Part shown: in pieces, positions 37,587 to 47,251 of the stretch
How positions within the stretch are numbered: position 1 is the first letter of the stretch
Layout of the letters: every line of letters begins with the position of its first letter
NCBI GenBank assembly: GCA_963828125.1
Contig: CAWHDP010000002.1
Span: forward strand, 1,504,001-1,568,000
Length of the DNA stretch: 64,000 nucleotides
Source: an uncultured Chlamydiae bacterium
GTDB lineage: Bacteria > Chlamydiota > Chlamydiia > Chlamydiales > SM23-39
Direction: 5' to 3'
Made by a program: the position numbers and the translations under genes
The notes under the pieces: generated by a model
Told to the model about the DNA's origin: nothing
The model's database searches: none
The model's input: the letters and a program-made list of their open reading frames with translations, nothing else

Positions 37587-38670
37587 CGCGATCGTCCACG
37601 ATTGGCTCCTCTCAGGAGCCGGCGGAGGGGAGAAGGTGCTCCAGGCGATCCACCGCCTTTTTCCCTCGCCGATTTATACGCTCGTACAAAATCAAGCGGA
37701 GTTGAAAGGGACCTATTTTCAAGATCTCCAGATTCACTCCTCTTTTATCCAAAATTTGTTTAGAGCGGAAAAAAAATATAAAAGCTACCTCCCCCTTTTT
37801 CCGCTCGCTATCGAGCATTTCGACTTAAGGCAATACGATGTGGTTCTCTCCTCTTCCCACTGCGCTGCGAAGGGGGTGATCACATCGCCCGATCAGATCC
37901 ATATCTGCTATTGCCATACCCCGATGCGCTACGCATGGGATCTCATGCACGATTATCTCCGAGAGACGAAATTAGATCAGGGCGTGAAAGGTTTTTTCGC
38001 CAAGCTGATTTTGCACTATCTCCGGGGCTGGGACGTCCATACAGCTCACCGGGTCGACCATTTCATCGCCAATTCGGACTATGTGGCAAGGCGGATCAAG
38101 AAATTCTATAGCAGAAGCTCAACGGTCATCTACCCGCCCGTCGATCTTACCCTCTTCCAAGAACAGCCGAACAAAGAGCCGTTTTATCTCACCGCATCGA
38201 GAATGGTCCCCTACAAACGGATCGATCTCATCGTCGAGGCGTTTTCCAAGATGCCCGATCAGAAACTCGTCGTGATCGGCGATGGCCCCGAATGGAAAAA
38301 AGTGAAGGCAAAAGCGGGGAAAAATATCGAGCTTCTCGGTTTTCAGCCCGATTTCGTGTTGAAAGAATTCATGCAAAGGGCGAAAGGATTCGTCTTTGCA
38401 GCTGTCGAAGATTTTGGCATTATTCCCGTCGAGGCAATGGCCTCTGGCACACCGGTGATCGCCTTTGGCAAAGGGGGCGTGTGCGAGACGGTAATCGATG
38501 GGAAGACGGGCCATTTTTACCCGGAGCAGACGCTCAACGCCCTCATCGAAGCGATCCGTTTTTTTGAGAAAAGAGAGTGGGATTCGGGGGAGTGCCGAAA
38601 AAGGGCTGAGATGTTTTCCTCCGAGAGGTTTAATCTCCAATTTGGGGATTTCATACGGAGTAAAATATGA
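37579..38670 (+). CDS. GT4 glycosyltransferase (WbaZ-like mannosyltransferase)
   Basis: AIVHDWL...GGGEKVL, YCHTPMRYAW, EDFGIIPVEAMASG. Confidence 0.92.
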   Translation: MRSAIVHDWLLSGAGGGEKVLQAIHRLFPSPIYTLVQNQAELKGTYFQDLQIHSSFIQNLFRAEKKYKSYLPLFPLAIEHFDLRQYDVVLSSSHCAAKGVITSPDQIHICYCHTPMRYAWDLMHDYLRETKLDQGVKGFFAKLILHYLRGWDVHTAHRVDHFIANSDYVARRIKKFYSRSSTVIYPPVDLTLFQEQPNKEPFYLTASRMVPYKRIDLIVEAFSKMPDQKLVVIGDGPEWKKVKAKAGKNIELLGFQPDFVLKEFMQRAKGFVFAAVEDFGIIPVEAMASGTPVIAFGKGGVCETVIDGKTGHFYPEQTLNALIEAIRFFEKREWDSGECRKRAEMFSSERFNLQFGDFIRSKI

Positions 38671-39692
38671 AGGCTATCGTCCTTGCAGGCGGAGGCGGAA
38701 CGAGGCTTTGGCCCCTTTCGAGGGACGATTTTCCGAAGCAGTTTTTGAGTTTCAACTCTGACGTCTCGCTTTTGCAAAAGACTGTGCAGCGGCTCAAACA
38801 GGCCTCTTTCATCGATCTCGTGGTTGTTTCGACGAATGAACTCCACAGGGCCCTTGTGCAAGAGCAACTGAGTAAAGTGGGGGCCGATTGTCCCATTCTT
38901 GTCGAACCGGTGAGAAGGAATACGGCCCCCGCCATTGCCCTCGCACTGAAAGTGTTAGAAACCGATTACGGCATAGAGAGCGGAGAGAAAGTGCTCGTCG
39001 TCCCCTCGGATCACCTCATCGAGCCCGCCGTGATTTTTCTCAACGCCCTTGAGCAGTTGGAACCGAAGAATCAGATCATCACCTTCGGCGTCCGCCCCAC
39101 CAAACCGGAAATTGGGTACGGGTATATCGAAATCGGCAAAAAATGCGGCCCCCTTACGTTTGAGGCAAAGCGCTTTATCGAAAAACCAGATCTGAAAAGA
39201 GCCGAAAAATATCTCGACAATCCCCATTTTTTTTGGAATTCGGGCATGTTCCTTTTTACCGTGGACACTTTTTGGCGGCAGCTCGGTCTCCACGCCCCTG
39301 AGCTAGCAGCGCTTTTTCAGAGGCCTTTGGGCGAAGCGGTTCAGAAGTTCGACAAGCTGCCCGACCTCTCGATCGACTATGCGGTGATGGAAAAATCAAA
39401 AGAGATCCTCGTCTGCCCGCTTGCTGTTTCCTGGTCGGATGTCGGTTGCTGGGACAGCGTCTATGATGTGATGGAGAAAGATCAGGATCAAAACGTGAAG
39501 ATCGGCCAAGTCCTCGCCATCAATACCACCAATAGCCTCATCATCGGCGGCAAACGGATCATCTCGACCATTGGCCTCGACGATCTCCTCATCGTCGAAA
39601 CTGACGATGCCGTACTCATCAGCAAAAAAGGGGAGTCGCAGAGAGTGAAGGCGCTCTTACAAGAGCTGAAAAATCGCTCCGTCAACAAATAA
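38667..39692 (+). CDS. manC: Mannose-1-phosphate guanylyltransferase
   Basis: LAGGGGTRLWPLSR..FPKQF, EPVRRNTAPA, WNSGMF, SIDYAVME. Confidence 0.93.
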   Translation: MKAIVLAGGGGTRLWPLSRDDFPKQFLSFNSDVSLLQKTVQRLKQASFIDLVVVSTNELHRALVQEQLSKVGADCPILVEPVRRNTAPAIALALKVLETDYGIESGEKVLVVPSDHLIEPAVIFLNALEQLEPKNQIITFGVRPTKPEIGYGYIEIGKKCGPLTFEAKRFIEKPDLKRAEKYLDNPHFFWNSGMFLFTVDTFWRQLGLHAPELAALFQRPLGEAVQKFDKLPDLSIDYAVMEKSKEILVCPLAVSWSDVGCWDSVYDVMEKDQDQNVKIGQVLAINTTNSLIIGGKRIISTIGLDDLLIVETDDAVLISKKGESQRVKALLQELKNRSVNK

Positions 39693-39750
39693 ATGTTGAC
39701 CTCATTTCTTTTTTGTTGAAAAATGCCCACTCCTCAAAAAAGGAGTCTTT

Positions 39751-40089
39751 ATGACGACACCCAGCTCTATTTCATTTGTTATAGCCCCTACAACTTTTGG
39801 TCAAGTATATCATTTTAGCATCACCGTTCGATCCCCTCATGATTCCGATATCGATGAAATGGTGAGAAACCTCGCTTCTAGGTTATCGGCGCCGCAGGCT
39901 CAGAGGTGGGAAGCGCAAGGGGCTTTTGCGAACGCTCATCTAGAGTTTGAGTTCGCAATTATGGGGTTGAACAATGACCAGGAAGAGCGCCAAACAACAG
40001 TCATAACCTTAAAGATTATAAATCCGAGCCTTGCGGGGGGTTTTATGTGGAGAAAAACGATGAGGTTCGTATCGATGCGCCTCCCGTAG
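39751..40089 (+). CDS. Hypothetical protein
   Basis: SD AAGGAG; 112 codons; 3' end overlaps glpD convergently by 47 bp. Confidence 0.5.
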   Translation: MTTPSSISFVIAPTTFGQVYHFSITVRSPHDSDIDEMVRNLASRLSAPQAQRWEAQGAFANAHLEFEFAIMGLNNDQEERQTTVITLKIINPSLAGGFMWRKTMRFVSMRLP

Positions 40090-41590
40090 AATAGTTTTTA
40101 GCCAGCTCTGTATATTGGGCCAGTTGCCTCTTTTCCCATTCTTCATCATAGCCCAGTTCCCGGGCCATGATGCGGGCGGCCTCAGGGGCGATTTCCAATG
40201 AGGCTTTCACGTTGAGGAATAAGCTCCTCGTCCGTCTCGCGAGAGCGTCTTCGAGGGTGCGGGCCATCTCTTGTTTCGCAGCCCAAGAGATATCGCCGAC
40301 CGAATAGGGGAGAGACGGGTGGAGCCGCCGGTGGGCGCCCGGATCGTCCTTGGCCGAGTCTGGCTTTCCGTAACCTTGCAGACGCAAGGTTTTTGTGCGG
40401 CAGGGGGAGTCTCCCAAACGGCCAACCAAAATGGCCCGATCGACCGCATCTTCCGCCATTTTTCTGTAGGTCGTCCACTTCCCGCCAGCTATTGTGATCA
40501 ATCCTGAATCGGCCACGACAATTCTATGATTGCGCGATAGAGCAGCTGTATTTTTACTCTCCCCTTTTTTGACAAGGGGCCTGAGTCCTGCAAAAACACT
40601 TAACACATCGTCTCGCCCAGGCGCACGGGTTAAATACCGTTTGGCGTGATTCAAAAGGAAATCGATCTCTTCTTGCAGCGGTTTTGGCTCCAAAACGATC
40701 TGTTTTACAGGCGTGTCGGTCGTCCCCATCAAAACATGGCCCAGCCACGGGATAAAAAAGAGAACTCGTCCATCGTCGGTTTTTGGAATCATGACGGCTG
40801 TATCCGACGGGAGAAAAGAGCGATCGAAAACGAGGTGGATCCCTTGACTAGGAGCGATGATCGGCCCTCTTTTTTCTCCATCGAGCCGTCTCACAGAATC
40901 GGAAAAAACGCCGGTCGCATTGATCACCGTTCTCGAGAAGATTTCCACCTCTTCGCCCGACTCTTCATCGCGGACGATGGCCCCTCTTAAACGCCCCTTT
41001 TCTTTAATGAATCGAATGACAGGCGTATAGTTGACGACAACAGCCCCCTCATCTACCGCTGTTTGCGCTAAAGCGATTGCAAGCCGCGCGTCGTCGAATT
41101 GTCCGTCGTAGTAGACCACCCCGCCCCTCAAGCGATCGGGTTTTAGCGTTGGGATGCGGCGCAGCGTCTCTTCTTGGGATAGGCGCTCCGATTTCTCGAT
41201 CCCCAGCCTGCCAGCAAGAAGATCATATACTTTCAAGCCAGCCCCATAGTAGAAACCCTCCCACCACCGGTAATTTGGAACCAAAAACGGGAGATGGCTG
41301 ACGAGATGAGGCGCATTTTGACAAAGGATTCCCCGCTCTTTGAGCGCCTCCATGACAAGGGATAAATTCCCCTGTTCCAGATACCGGACTCCTCCATGAA
41401 CAAGCTTCGTGCTGCGGCTCGAAGTCCCTTTTGCAAAATCGCTCTGTTCAACCAGGAGCGTCCGGAACCCCCTCGACGCCGCATCGAGCGCAATCCCTAA
41501 CCCCGTCGCCCCTCCGCCAATCACGAGTACATCCCAGATCACAGCCGATTTGAGCTCTGCGATCATTTCGGTCCGGTTCAATGTTCCCAT
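40043..41590 (-). CDS. glpD: FAD-dependent glycerol-3-phosphate dehydrogenase
   Basis: [46 protein letters not shown]. Confidence 0.95.
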   Translation of the reverse strand: MGTLNRTEMIAELKSAVIWDVLVIGGGATGLGIALDAASRGFRTLLVEQSDFAKGTSSRSTKLVHGGVRYLEQGNLSLVMEALKERGILCQNAPHLVSHLPFLVPNYRWWEGFYYGAGLKVYDLLAGRLGIEKSERLSQEETLRRIPTLKPDRLRGGVVYYDGQFDDARLAIALAQTAVDEGAVVVNYTPVIRFIKEKGRLRGAIVRDEESGEEVEIFSRTVINATGVFSDSVRRLDGEKRGPIIAPSQGIHLVFDRSFLPSDTAVMIPKTDDGRVLFFIPWLGHVLMGTTDTPVKQIVLEPKPLQEEIDFLLNHAKRYLTRAPGRDDVLSVFAGLRPLVKKGESKNTAALSRNHRIVVADSGLITIAGGKWTTYRKMAEDAVDRAILVGRLGDSPCRTKTLRLQGYGKPDSAKDDPGAHRRLHPSLPYSVGDISWAAKQEMARTLEDALARRTRSLFLNVKASLEIAPEAARIMARELGYDEEWEKRQLAQYTELAKNYSTGGASIRTSSFFST

Positions 41591-43050
41591 CCCTTCGCCC
41601 GCTCTACGGCCCGATTCCACTGGACGATTTTTTGAGGATCCCCTTTTTTCGGTGAGAATTTTTTATCGAGTTCCCAAGTCTTCAACACATCCTCTGGTTT
41701 TTTCCACATCCCGACCGCAAGAGCCGCTAAAACAGCCGCCCCGAGAGCCGTTAACTCCTTATTTTTAGGACGCAGGACGGGGGCATGGATCAAATCGGCC
41801 TGCATCTGCATGAGCAGCTCGCTCGCCACCACCCCTCCGTCGACACAGAGCTTAGAGATCGGGATCTTGGCGTCCTTTTGCATAGCGGCCAAAATGGCTG
41901 CGGCTTGAAAAGCGATGCTCTCTAGAGCCGCCCTGGCGATATGAGCCCCATTCGTACCCCGCGAAATGCCGACGATCGTCCCTCTTGCTTCCGGATCCCA
42001 GTAAGGTGCGCCGAGACCCGTAAACGCAGGGACAAAATAGACCCCGCCCGTATTGGGAACAGAGCCTGCCAACGCATCGATCTCCGAACTTTTTTTAATG
42101 AGCCCCAAACCATCCCTCAGCCAAGAGATGACCGCCCCTGCAATAAAAATGCTCCCCTCTAGCGCATATTTGACGACCCCATCGATCGAATAGGCAATCG
42201 TTGTGAGGAGTTTTTTTTTAGAAAGAACCGGTTTTTCTCCGATATTCATCAAAAGAAAACACCCCGTTCCATAGGTTCCCTTCACAGATCCCGGCTCGAA
42301 GCACCCCTGCCCGATCAGCGCCGCCTGTTGATCCCCTGCGATCCCCCCGATCCGGATCGGCGAGCCGAAAAGACTCGCGTCGCTCTCCCCGTACACCTCT
42401 GAGCAGCTCTTTACCGCAGGTAAGATCGCCGCTGGGATTTTGAGTAGATCGAGCAACTCCGTATCCCACTCCCCTTTTTTGATGTTATAGAGAAGCGTTC
42501 GGCTCGCATTCGTCGCATCAGTGATGTGAAGCCGCCCCTTGGTCAGATTCCAAACCAGCCAAGTATCGACCGTCCCGAATGCGAGATCACCCCCCCTCGC
42601 CTTTTCCCTCGCCCCTTTCACATGATCGAGAATCCAACGGATTTTCGTTCCCGAAAAGTAAGGATCGAGAAGAAGACCTGTCTTGCTTCTAAAAATCGCC
42701 TCGTGATTTTTGAGCTTTTGGCACAGCGGAGCCGTCCGCCGATCCTGCCATACGATGGCCGGATAAATCGGAACCCCTGTTTTCCGATCCCAAACAAGGG
42801 TGGTCTCCCTCTGATTGGTGATGCCGATCACAGCGATATCGCCCGCTTGTAAAGAGGCCTTAGCCATCGCCCCCCGAGCGACACTCAATTGAGTCGACCA
42901 GATATCCATTGGATCGTGCTCGACATAGCCAGATTGGGGAAAATATTGGGGAAACTCTCTCTGATCGATCGCAATGACCTCGCCGTTTTGGTTTAAAACA
43001 AGAGCCTTGGAAGAGGTCGTCCCCTGATCGAAAGCGAGAATGTACTTCAT
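41578..43050 (-). CDS. glpK: Glycerol kinase
   Basis: [36 protein letters not shown]. Confidence 0.96.
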   Translation of the reverse strand: MKYILAFDQGTTSSKALVLNQNGEVIAIDQREFPQYFPQSGYVEHDPMDIWSTQLSVARGAMAKASLQAGDIAVIGITNQRETTLVWDRKTGVPIYPAIVWQDRRTAPLCQKLKNHEAIFRSKTGLLLDPYFSGTKIRWILDHVKGAREKARGGDLAFGTVDTWLVWNLTKGRLHITDATNASRTLLYNIKKGEWDTELLDLLKIPAAILPAVKSCSEVYGESDASLFGSPIRIGGIAGDQQAALIGQGCFEPGSVKGTYGTGCFLLMNIGEKPVLSKKKLLTTIAYSIDGVVKYALEGSIFIAGAVISWLRDGLGLIKKSSEIDALAGSVPNTGGVYFVPAFTGLGAPYWDPEARGTIVGISRGTNGAHIARAALESIAFQAAAILAAMQKDAKIPISKLCVDGGVVASELLMQMQADLIHAPVLRPKNKELTALGAAVLAALAVGMWKKPEDVLKTWELDKKFSPKKGDPQKIVQWNRAVERAKGWEH

Positions 43051-43102
43051 AGACTTCTTCTTATTGAAAGGAAAATCAAAAATCAAGTACGTAGAAAATA
43101 AG

Positions 43103-43834
43103 ATGACGATCTTTCTCGCAGAACTATTTGGAACCTTTCTTCTCCTCCTCCTGGGCAATGGAGTAGTCGCCAATGCCCTCCTCTCTCAATCCAAAGGGGA
43201 GAAAGGGGGATGGATCGTGATCACCGCCGGCTGGGGCTTTGCCGTTGCGATCGGAGTCTATGCGGTTGGTTGGGTCAGCGGCGGCCACCTCAATCCAGCC
43301 GTCACCCTGAGCCTTGCCCTCATCAAACTCACCCCCTGGCCCCTCGTCCCCCTCTATATCGGGGGCCAGATCATCGGCTCCATGCTCGGCGCCCTCTTCG
43401 TTTGGCTCTCTTATTATCCCCACTGGGCCGTCACCCAAGAGGCCGACATGAAACTTCTCTGCTTTTGCACGAAGCCTGCAATCCGGAAACTGAAGTGGAA
43501 TTTTCTCAATGAAATCATCGGCACAGCGGCTCTCCTCATCGGAGTACTCGCGATCTTCAATGCCCATAACGGGATCGGATCTGGAGTCGGCCCGTACGCT
43601 GTCGGTATCCTGATCTTTAGCATCGGACTTTCTTTAGGAGGCCCCACCGGATTTGCCATCAATCCCGCCCGCGACTTAGGGCCGAGACTCATGCACCAGT
43701 GGCTCCCTATCGCTGGCAAACGGGACTCCGATTGGAGCTACGCTTGGGTTCCCATCCTCGGCCCCCTCATCGGCGGCCCCCTCGGCGCTTTTCTCTATCA
43801 TTGGCTCATCAGCCCCTTGACGCCTCTTCTTTAG
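43103..43834 (+). CDS. glpF: Glycerol uptake facilitator (aquaglyceroporin)
   Basis: [10 protein letters not shown] and INPARD motifs. Confidence 0.95.
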   Translation: MTIFLAELFGTFLLLLLGNGVVANALLSQSKGEKGGWIVITAGWGFAVAIGVYAVGWVSGGHLNPAVTLSLALIKLTPWPLVPLYIGGQIIGSMLGALFVWLSYYPHWAVTQEADMKLLCFCTKPAIRKLKWNFLNEIIGTAALLIGVLAIFNAHNGIGSGVGPYAVGILIFSIGLSLGGPTGFAINPARDLGPRLMHQWLPIAGKRDSDWSYAWVPILGPLIGGPLGAFLYHWLISPLTPLL

Positions 43835-44175
43835 GAGACGTCCTTCGTCAAAGCCCTTTGTGTGGCCCTACCGATATAATATTTGTCGATCTTCTCGAGC
43901 ATTTTCATCGTTGCTATAAAAACGACGCCCATCCCAATACCTGTCCCTATGACGGGTAAGGGGATTAGGGTGCTCAAAAGCAACCCTAAAGCCGTTGCGG
44001 CAATGGCGCCAATGATCATGGTCAACACTTTGAGAGTCCATTTAGCCGTTTTTTCGCCGCACGTTAACTGTTGACTGTCGTGGTTAAATTGCGCAACTTG
44101 TTTTAGTTGAGCTTGTGTTAATACGGTTGTTGATAAGTTGCTACTACTACTACTATTAGTAGTTGAAATGCTCAT
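43831..44175 (-). CDS. Inc-like protein (Ser/Thr-rich N-terminus, bilobed hydrophobic domain)
   Basis: MSISTTNSSSSSN...; ~40-aa hydrophobic hairpin VLTMIIGAIAATALGLLLSTLIPLPVIGTGIGMGVVFIA. Confidence 0.75.
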   Translation of the reverse strand: MSISTTNSSSSSNLSTTVLTQAQLKQVAQFNHDSQQLTCGEKTAKWTLKVLTMIIGAIAATALGLLLSTLIPLPVIGTGIGMGVVFIATMKMLEKIDKYYIGRATQRALTKDVS

Positions 44176-44202
44176 ATTGAACCCTCGTTTTTTTACAATG
44201 TG

Positions 44203-44231
44203 ATTATACATTATTATTTAATTTCTGTAAA
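44203..44231 (-). promoter_or_regulatory. Sigma66/70 promoter of the Inc-like gene
   Basis: Minus strand TTTACA, 17 bp, TATAAT. Confidence 0.55.
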
Positions 44232-44267
44232 TTGTTAATTTTAAAATTCTGCAATCTATGTTTTTTA

Positions 44268-44300
44268 ACTGTTTTGTTTACTAAAAGTAAACAAAACAGT
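44268..44300. promoter_or_regulatory. Perfect 15-bp inverted repeat, candidate operator
   Basis: ACTGTTTTGTTTACT-AAA-AGTAAACAAAACAGT. Confidence 0.55.
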
Positions 44301-44331
44301 ACAATAGGTGTAAAATAAAAGAAAAAAATAA

Positions 44332-45933
44332 ATGATTACATTTGCAGCAGGCTGGCGGAAAACGGGAATCGTCGAACAACTACGACAAACCGAAGTACCG
44401 AAAGCAGGCAGTACATCGCTTGCCGCTATCCCTATTATTGCCAGAACACATAAGGACAGGCCATTGGGCGGGGACTTTTCTGCGCTAACAGCAGCAGGGG
44501 AAGTCTGGCGGCGTTATCATATAGTCAAAGAGGCAGCTCTCCATGATGCCGCACAAACCGATCCCCGAATTCAAGAAATATCTGTCTTAATAAACAACAA
44601 TGACGCCATATCCTTAAATATCTTGATACAAGATCCAAAAATACAAAAACTTCCAACAAAATTGCTTTATCAGATTTTGATGAATGCCAAACCCAACTAC
44701 GATTGCTTGAGGCTGATTTTCAGGCTCCAAAACATTAGATTTCTTGACCCCTCGCAAATGGCTGACGCCCTATGTACGTTATTAGCACGGATCAATTTTT
44801 TACAGCTATCAAATCAGGCTCCGATAGTTGCATTATTTGCCGCATTGCCGCGAGCGCGCCAAATTGCGAAGTCAGAGTTACTTGATCTTTTGGAATGGAC
44901 TCGAGATACATCGCCAGGCATATCGCAAAAACTAGCTGTCTCTCTACTTTCTGCTTTGGATTCCAATAGAGCTCTTGCCGAGCCGATAACCGAAGAAATC
45001 AGATCTCTTGTATGGATTGACGAAGCGAGGGAAGTACAAAAACTCCAGCTATTCGGACCTATGAAAGACCTTTCGCAAAGCACATCGTATCAAGTCCCGG
45101 AATGCGCAATAATCCCCTTCAAATGCGCTTTTCTATATCCCGCACGTAGAGAGCGGCAATTAGGCTCTCGTGTTCTTTGTTTAACGGGCAGGGTTCGAGA
45201 ACTTGTCCAAGATGTTTCTGAAAATCGTCAACGATTTGTCCAGTTCGTAAAGTTAATATTTGCTCAAATGAGCGCAATAGATGCGGAAAATTATATCTCA
45301 ATAAAACATAAGCTCTCGATAGAGAACGTAATTCATAAAATTGCCGATATTAGCCGCAGAACGGTATTATTTGATTTTAAATGGAACCAACTCGATGGCA
45401 ATGTATATACACAATCTTTTGGTTCTATTGCGCTCGAATGTTATAAAACTGGAAATTGCAATGTACAAACATTAGTGTGTTATTCGTTAATTAAAGATAG
45501 GGGAAATCAACTTAAATATCCTCTTGAGGAGATAAAATGTATGAGATTAAAAGATCACGTTGCTCTTCTCGTTAAAGACCCCGAGGGATCTCTGATTATC
45601 GACCCCTGGTCTCGGGCCGTATACCCTTGGGATCTGGCCAGAGATTATCTATATGATTTTATTTGCGATACTCTCCTTCTTGGAGAAGGAGATTCAATTA
45701 TTCATGTTCCAGTTGTAGAAAAAATTCAAGAAAATCCAAACATTCATCCCTTTATTGAATTGTCAGAACAACAATGTTTGGAGCAACTAAAGGCCAAAAA
45801 TCCTTCATTTAATCTCTCCTTACAGGATTTAACCTCTGATAGAAATGATCTAGGCCTCTATGAAAAAATAAAACAGTACTATACCTCAACTCTTGACGAA
45901 ATCGCGAAAAACGTAACCGACGCACTTTCTTGA
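44332..45933 (+). CDS. Putative effector with Cys-His-Asp papain/transglutaminase-like domain
   Basis: TGNC(376), KDH(409)VALLV, IID(424)PWS; AT-rich gene. Confidence 0.7.
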   Translation: MITFAAGWRKTGIVEQLRQTEVPKAGSTSLAAIPIIARTHKDRPLGGDFSALTAAGEVWRRYHIVKEAALHDAAQTDPRIQEISVLINNNDAISLNILIQDPKIQKLPTKLLYQILMNAKPNYDCLRLIFRLQNIRFLDPSQMADALCTLLARINFLQLSNQAPIVALFAALPRARQIAKSELLDLLEWTRDTSPGISQKLAVSLLSALDSNRALAEPITEEIRSLVWIDEAREVQKLQLFGPMKDLSQSTSYQVPECAIIPFKCAFLYPARRERQLGSRVLCLTGRVRELVQDVSENRQRFVQFVKLIFAQMSAIDAENYISIKHKLSIENVIHKIADISRRTVLFDFKWNQLDGNVYTQSFGSIALECYKTGNCNVQTLVCYSLIKDRGNQLKYPLEEIKCMRLKDHVALLVKDPEGSLIIDPWSRAVYPWDLARDYLYDFICDTLLLGEGDSIIHVPVVEKIQENPNIHPFIELSEQQCLEQLKAKNPSFNLSLQDLTSDRNDLGLYEKIKQYYTSTLDEIAKNVTDALS

Positions 45934-45973
45934 TTTTTGATGAGAGAATATTCTCCTGGACATTGGCCATTTT

Positions 45974-47251
45974 TCATCGACTTCTCTTTCCCTTTTTGCT
46001 CACAAAGTAGCGACTGCTTAATAGAGCATCATTCTCATCAGTCTCCAAATAGCGGAGACGGAGGGAGGCGAAACAGAGGAGAGAGACGAACCAGGTTAGG
46101 TGGTGGTTGAGGTTATGGTTGCTGACGGCAAAGGAGAGGACATTGATCAGCCCAATCATCTGGACTTGTCCCAAGAAATGGGAGGTTTCGTCTTGAATAG
46201 AGCGTCTATATCCAAAACCTTTTTCGATGAATAAAAAAAACAGACTGCCGAGAAGGAGGAGCGTCCCCACGACCCCTAGTTCAAAGAGGAGTTGGAGATA
46301 GACGTTGTGAATGTTGGTGAGCGAGGCGAAGCCAACGCCCCAAAAAGGGTGCTCTTTGACTTGCTCGATGGCGTTTTGCCAAGTAAAGTATCTATCTCCA
46401 AGCGATCCTTCGTTTATTTTTTGTCGAAAGCCGGCAGACAGGATCATAAACATGTTGAGTTTGAAGAGGGCAAGGAGGGAGAACATGGCGGTGACAAATA
46501 GAGTAAGAGCTGTGAAGGCTTTGAGGAAATAACCCGATTTCCAGGCGAGGTAGATCATCGCAAATAGGAAGGAGAGATAGGCGGCGCGGGTTGTGGTGAG
46601 GAGGAAGGCCAAAAAGGTGGCTAAAAAGGCAAGGGTGAACGATTTTTTGGAAAAACGGAAGGTTGGGAGTTTTTTGTCGAGGAAGATGAGGGTGAGAAGG
46701 GCAAGGACAAAACTCGAGACAATGCCGTATTCATTCGGATAGGAGCCGGGAGAGAAGCGGAGGAGATTAAAACCAAATTGGGTGAGGATGGAAAAGCGGG
46801 CGATGAGTCCGATGGGGATGATTTTAAGATAGTAGCCAATATAAAAGAGATAGCCGATGGCAAGCGAGAGAAAAAAGAAGGTGAGATAGGTTTTCAGTAG
46901 GGCAAAGATCTCCGTTTTTTTTGTGAGGACGGATGCAGCTCCGAGAATAAAGAAAAATTGGCAGAAGAGGAGGAAGAGGCGAAAGAGGGTGTGCGGTTCG
47001 TTCGGGGCGCCGAAGTTTTCAACGAGAAAGGCTGAGATATAGCAATAAATAAAAAAAGGGAGGAGGAGGGCGCCGATTTTGGCAAGCCGCTCATTCATGC
47101 GGAGGAAAAAAAGGGGGAAAAAGGGGAGGAGAAAATAGTAGGCGCGAAAGGAGGAGGGGAAAAAATAGGGGGTCAAAATATTGCCGAGGGGGCCTAATGC
47201 GGCAAAGGAGAAGAGGAGACATTTCTTCACATTGAGGCGGAGGACGCTCAT
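45974..47251 (-). CDS. O-antigen ligase/polymerase-family membrane protein
   Basis: Multi-TM; LTTTRAA, R...W..A, PFWGVG, HNVYLQLLFELG. Confidence 0.85.
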   Translation of the reverse strand: MSVLRLNVKKCLLFSFAALGPLGNILTPYFFPSSFRAYYFLLPFFPLFFLRMNERLAKIGALLLPFFIYCYISAFLVENFGAPNEPHTLFRLFLLFCQFFFILGAASVLTKKTEIFALLKTYLTFFFLSLAIGYLFYIGYYLKIIPIGLIARFSILTQFGFNLLRFSPGSYPNEYGIVSSFVLALLTLIFLDKKLPTFRFSKKSFTLAFLATFLAFLLTTTRAAYLSFLFAMIYLAWKSGYFLKAFTALTLFVTAMFSLLALFKLNMFMILSAGFRQKINEGSLGDRYFTWQNAIEQVKEHPFWGVGFASLTNIHNVYLQLLFELGVVGTLLLLGSLFFLFIEKGFGYRRSIQDETSHFLGQVQMIGLINVLSFAVSNHNLNHHLTWFVSLLCFASLRLRYLETDENDALLSSRYFVSKKGKRSR

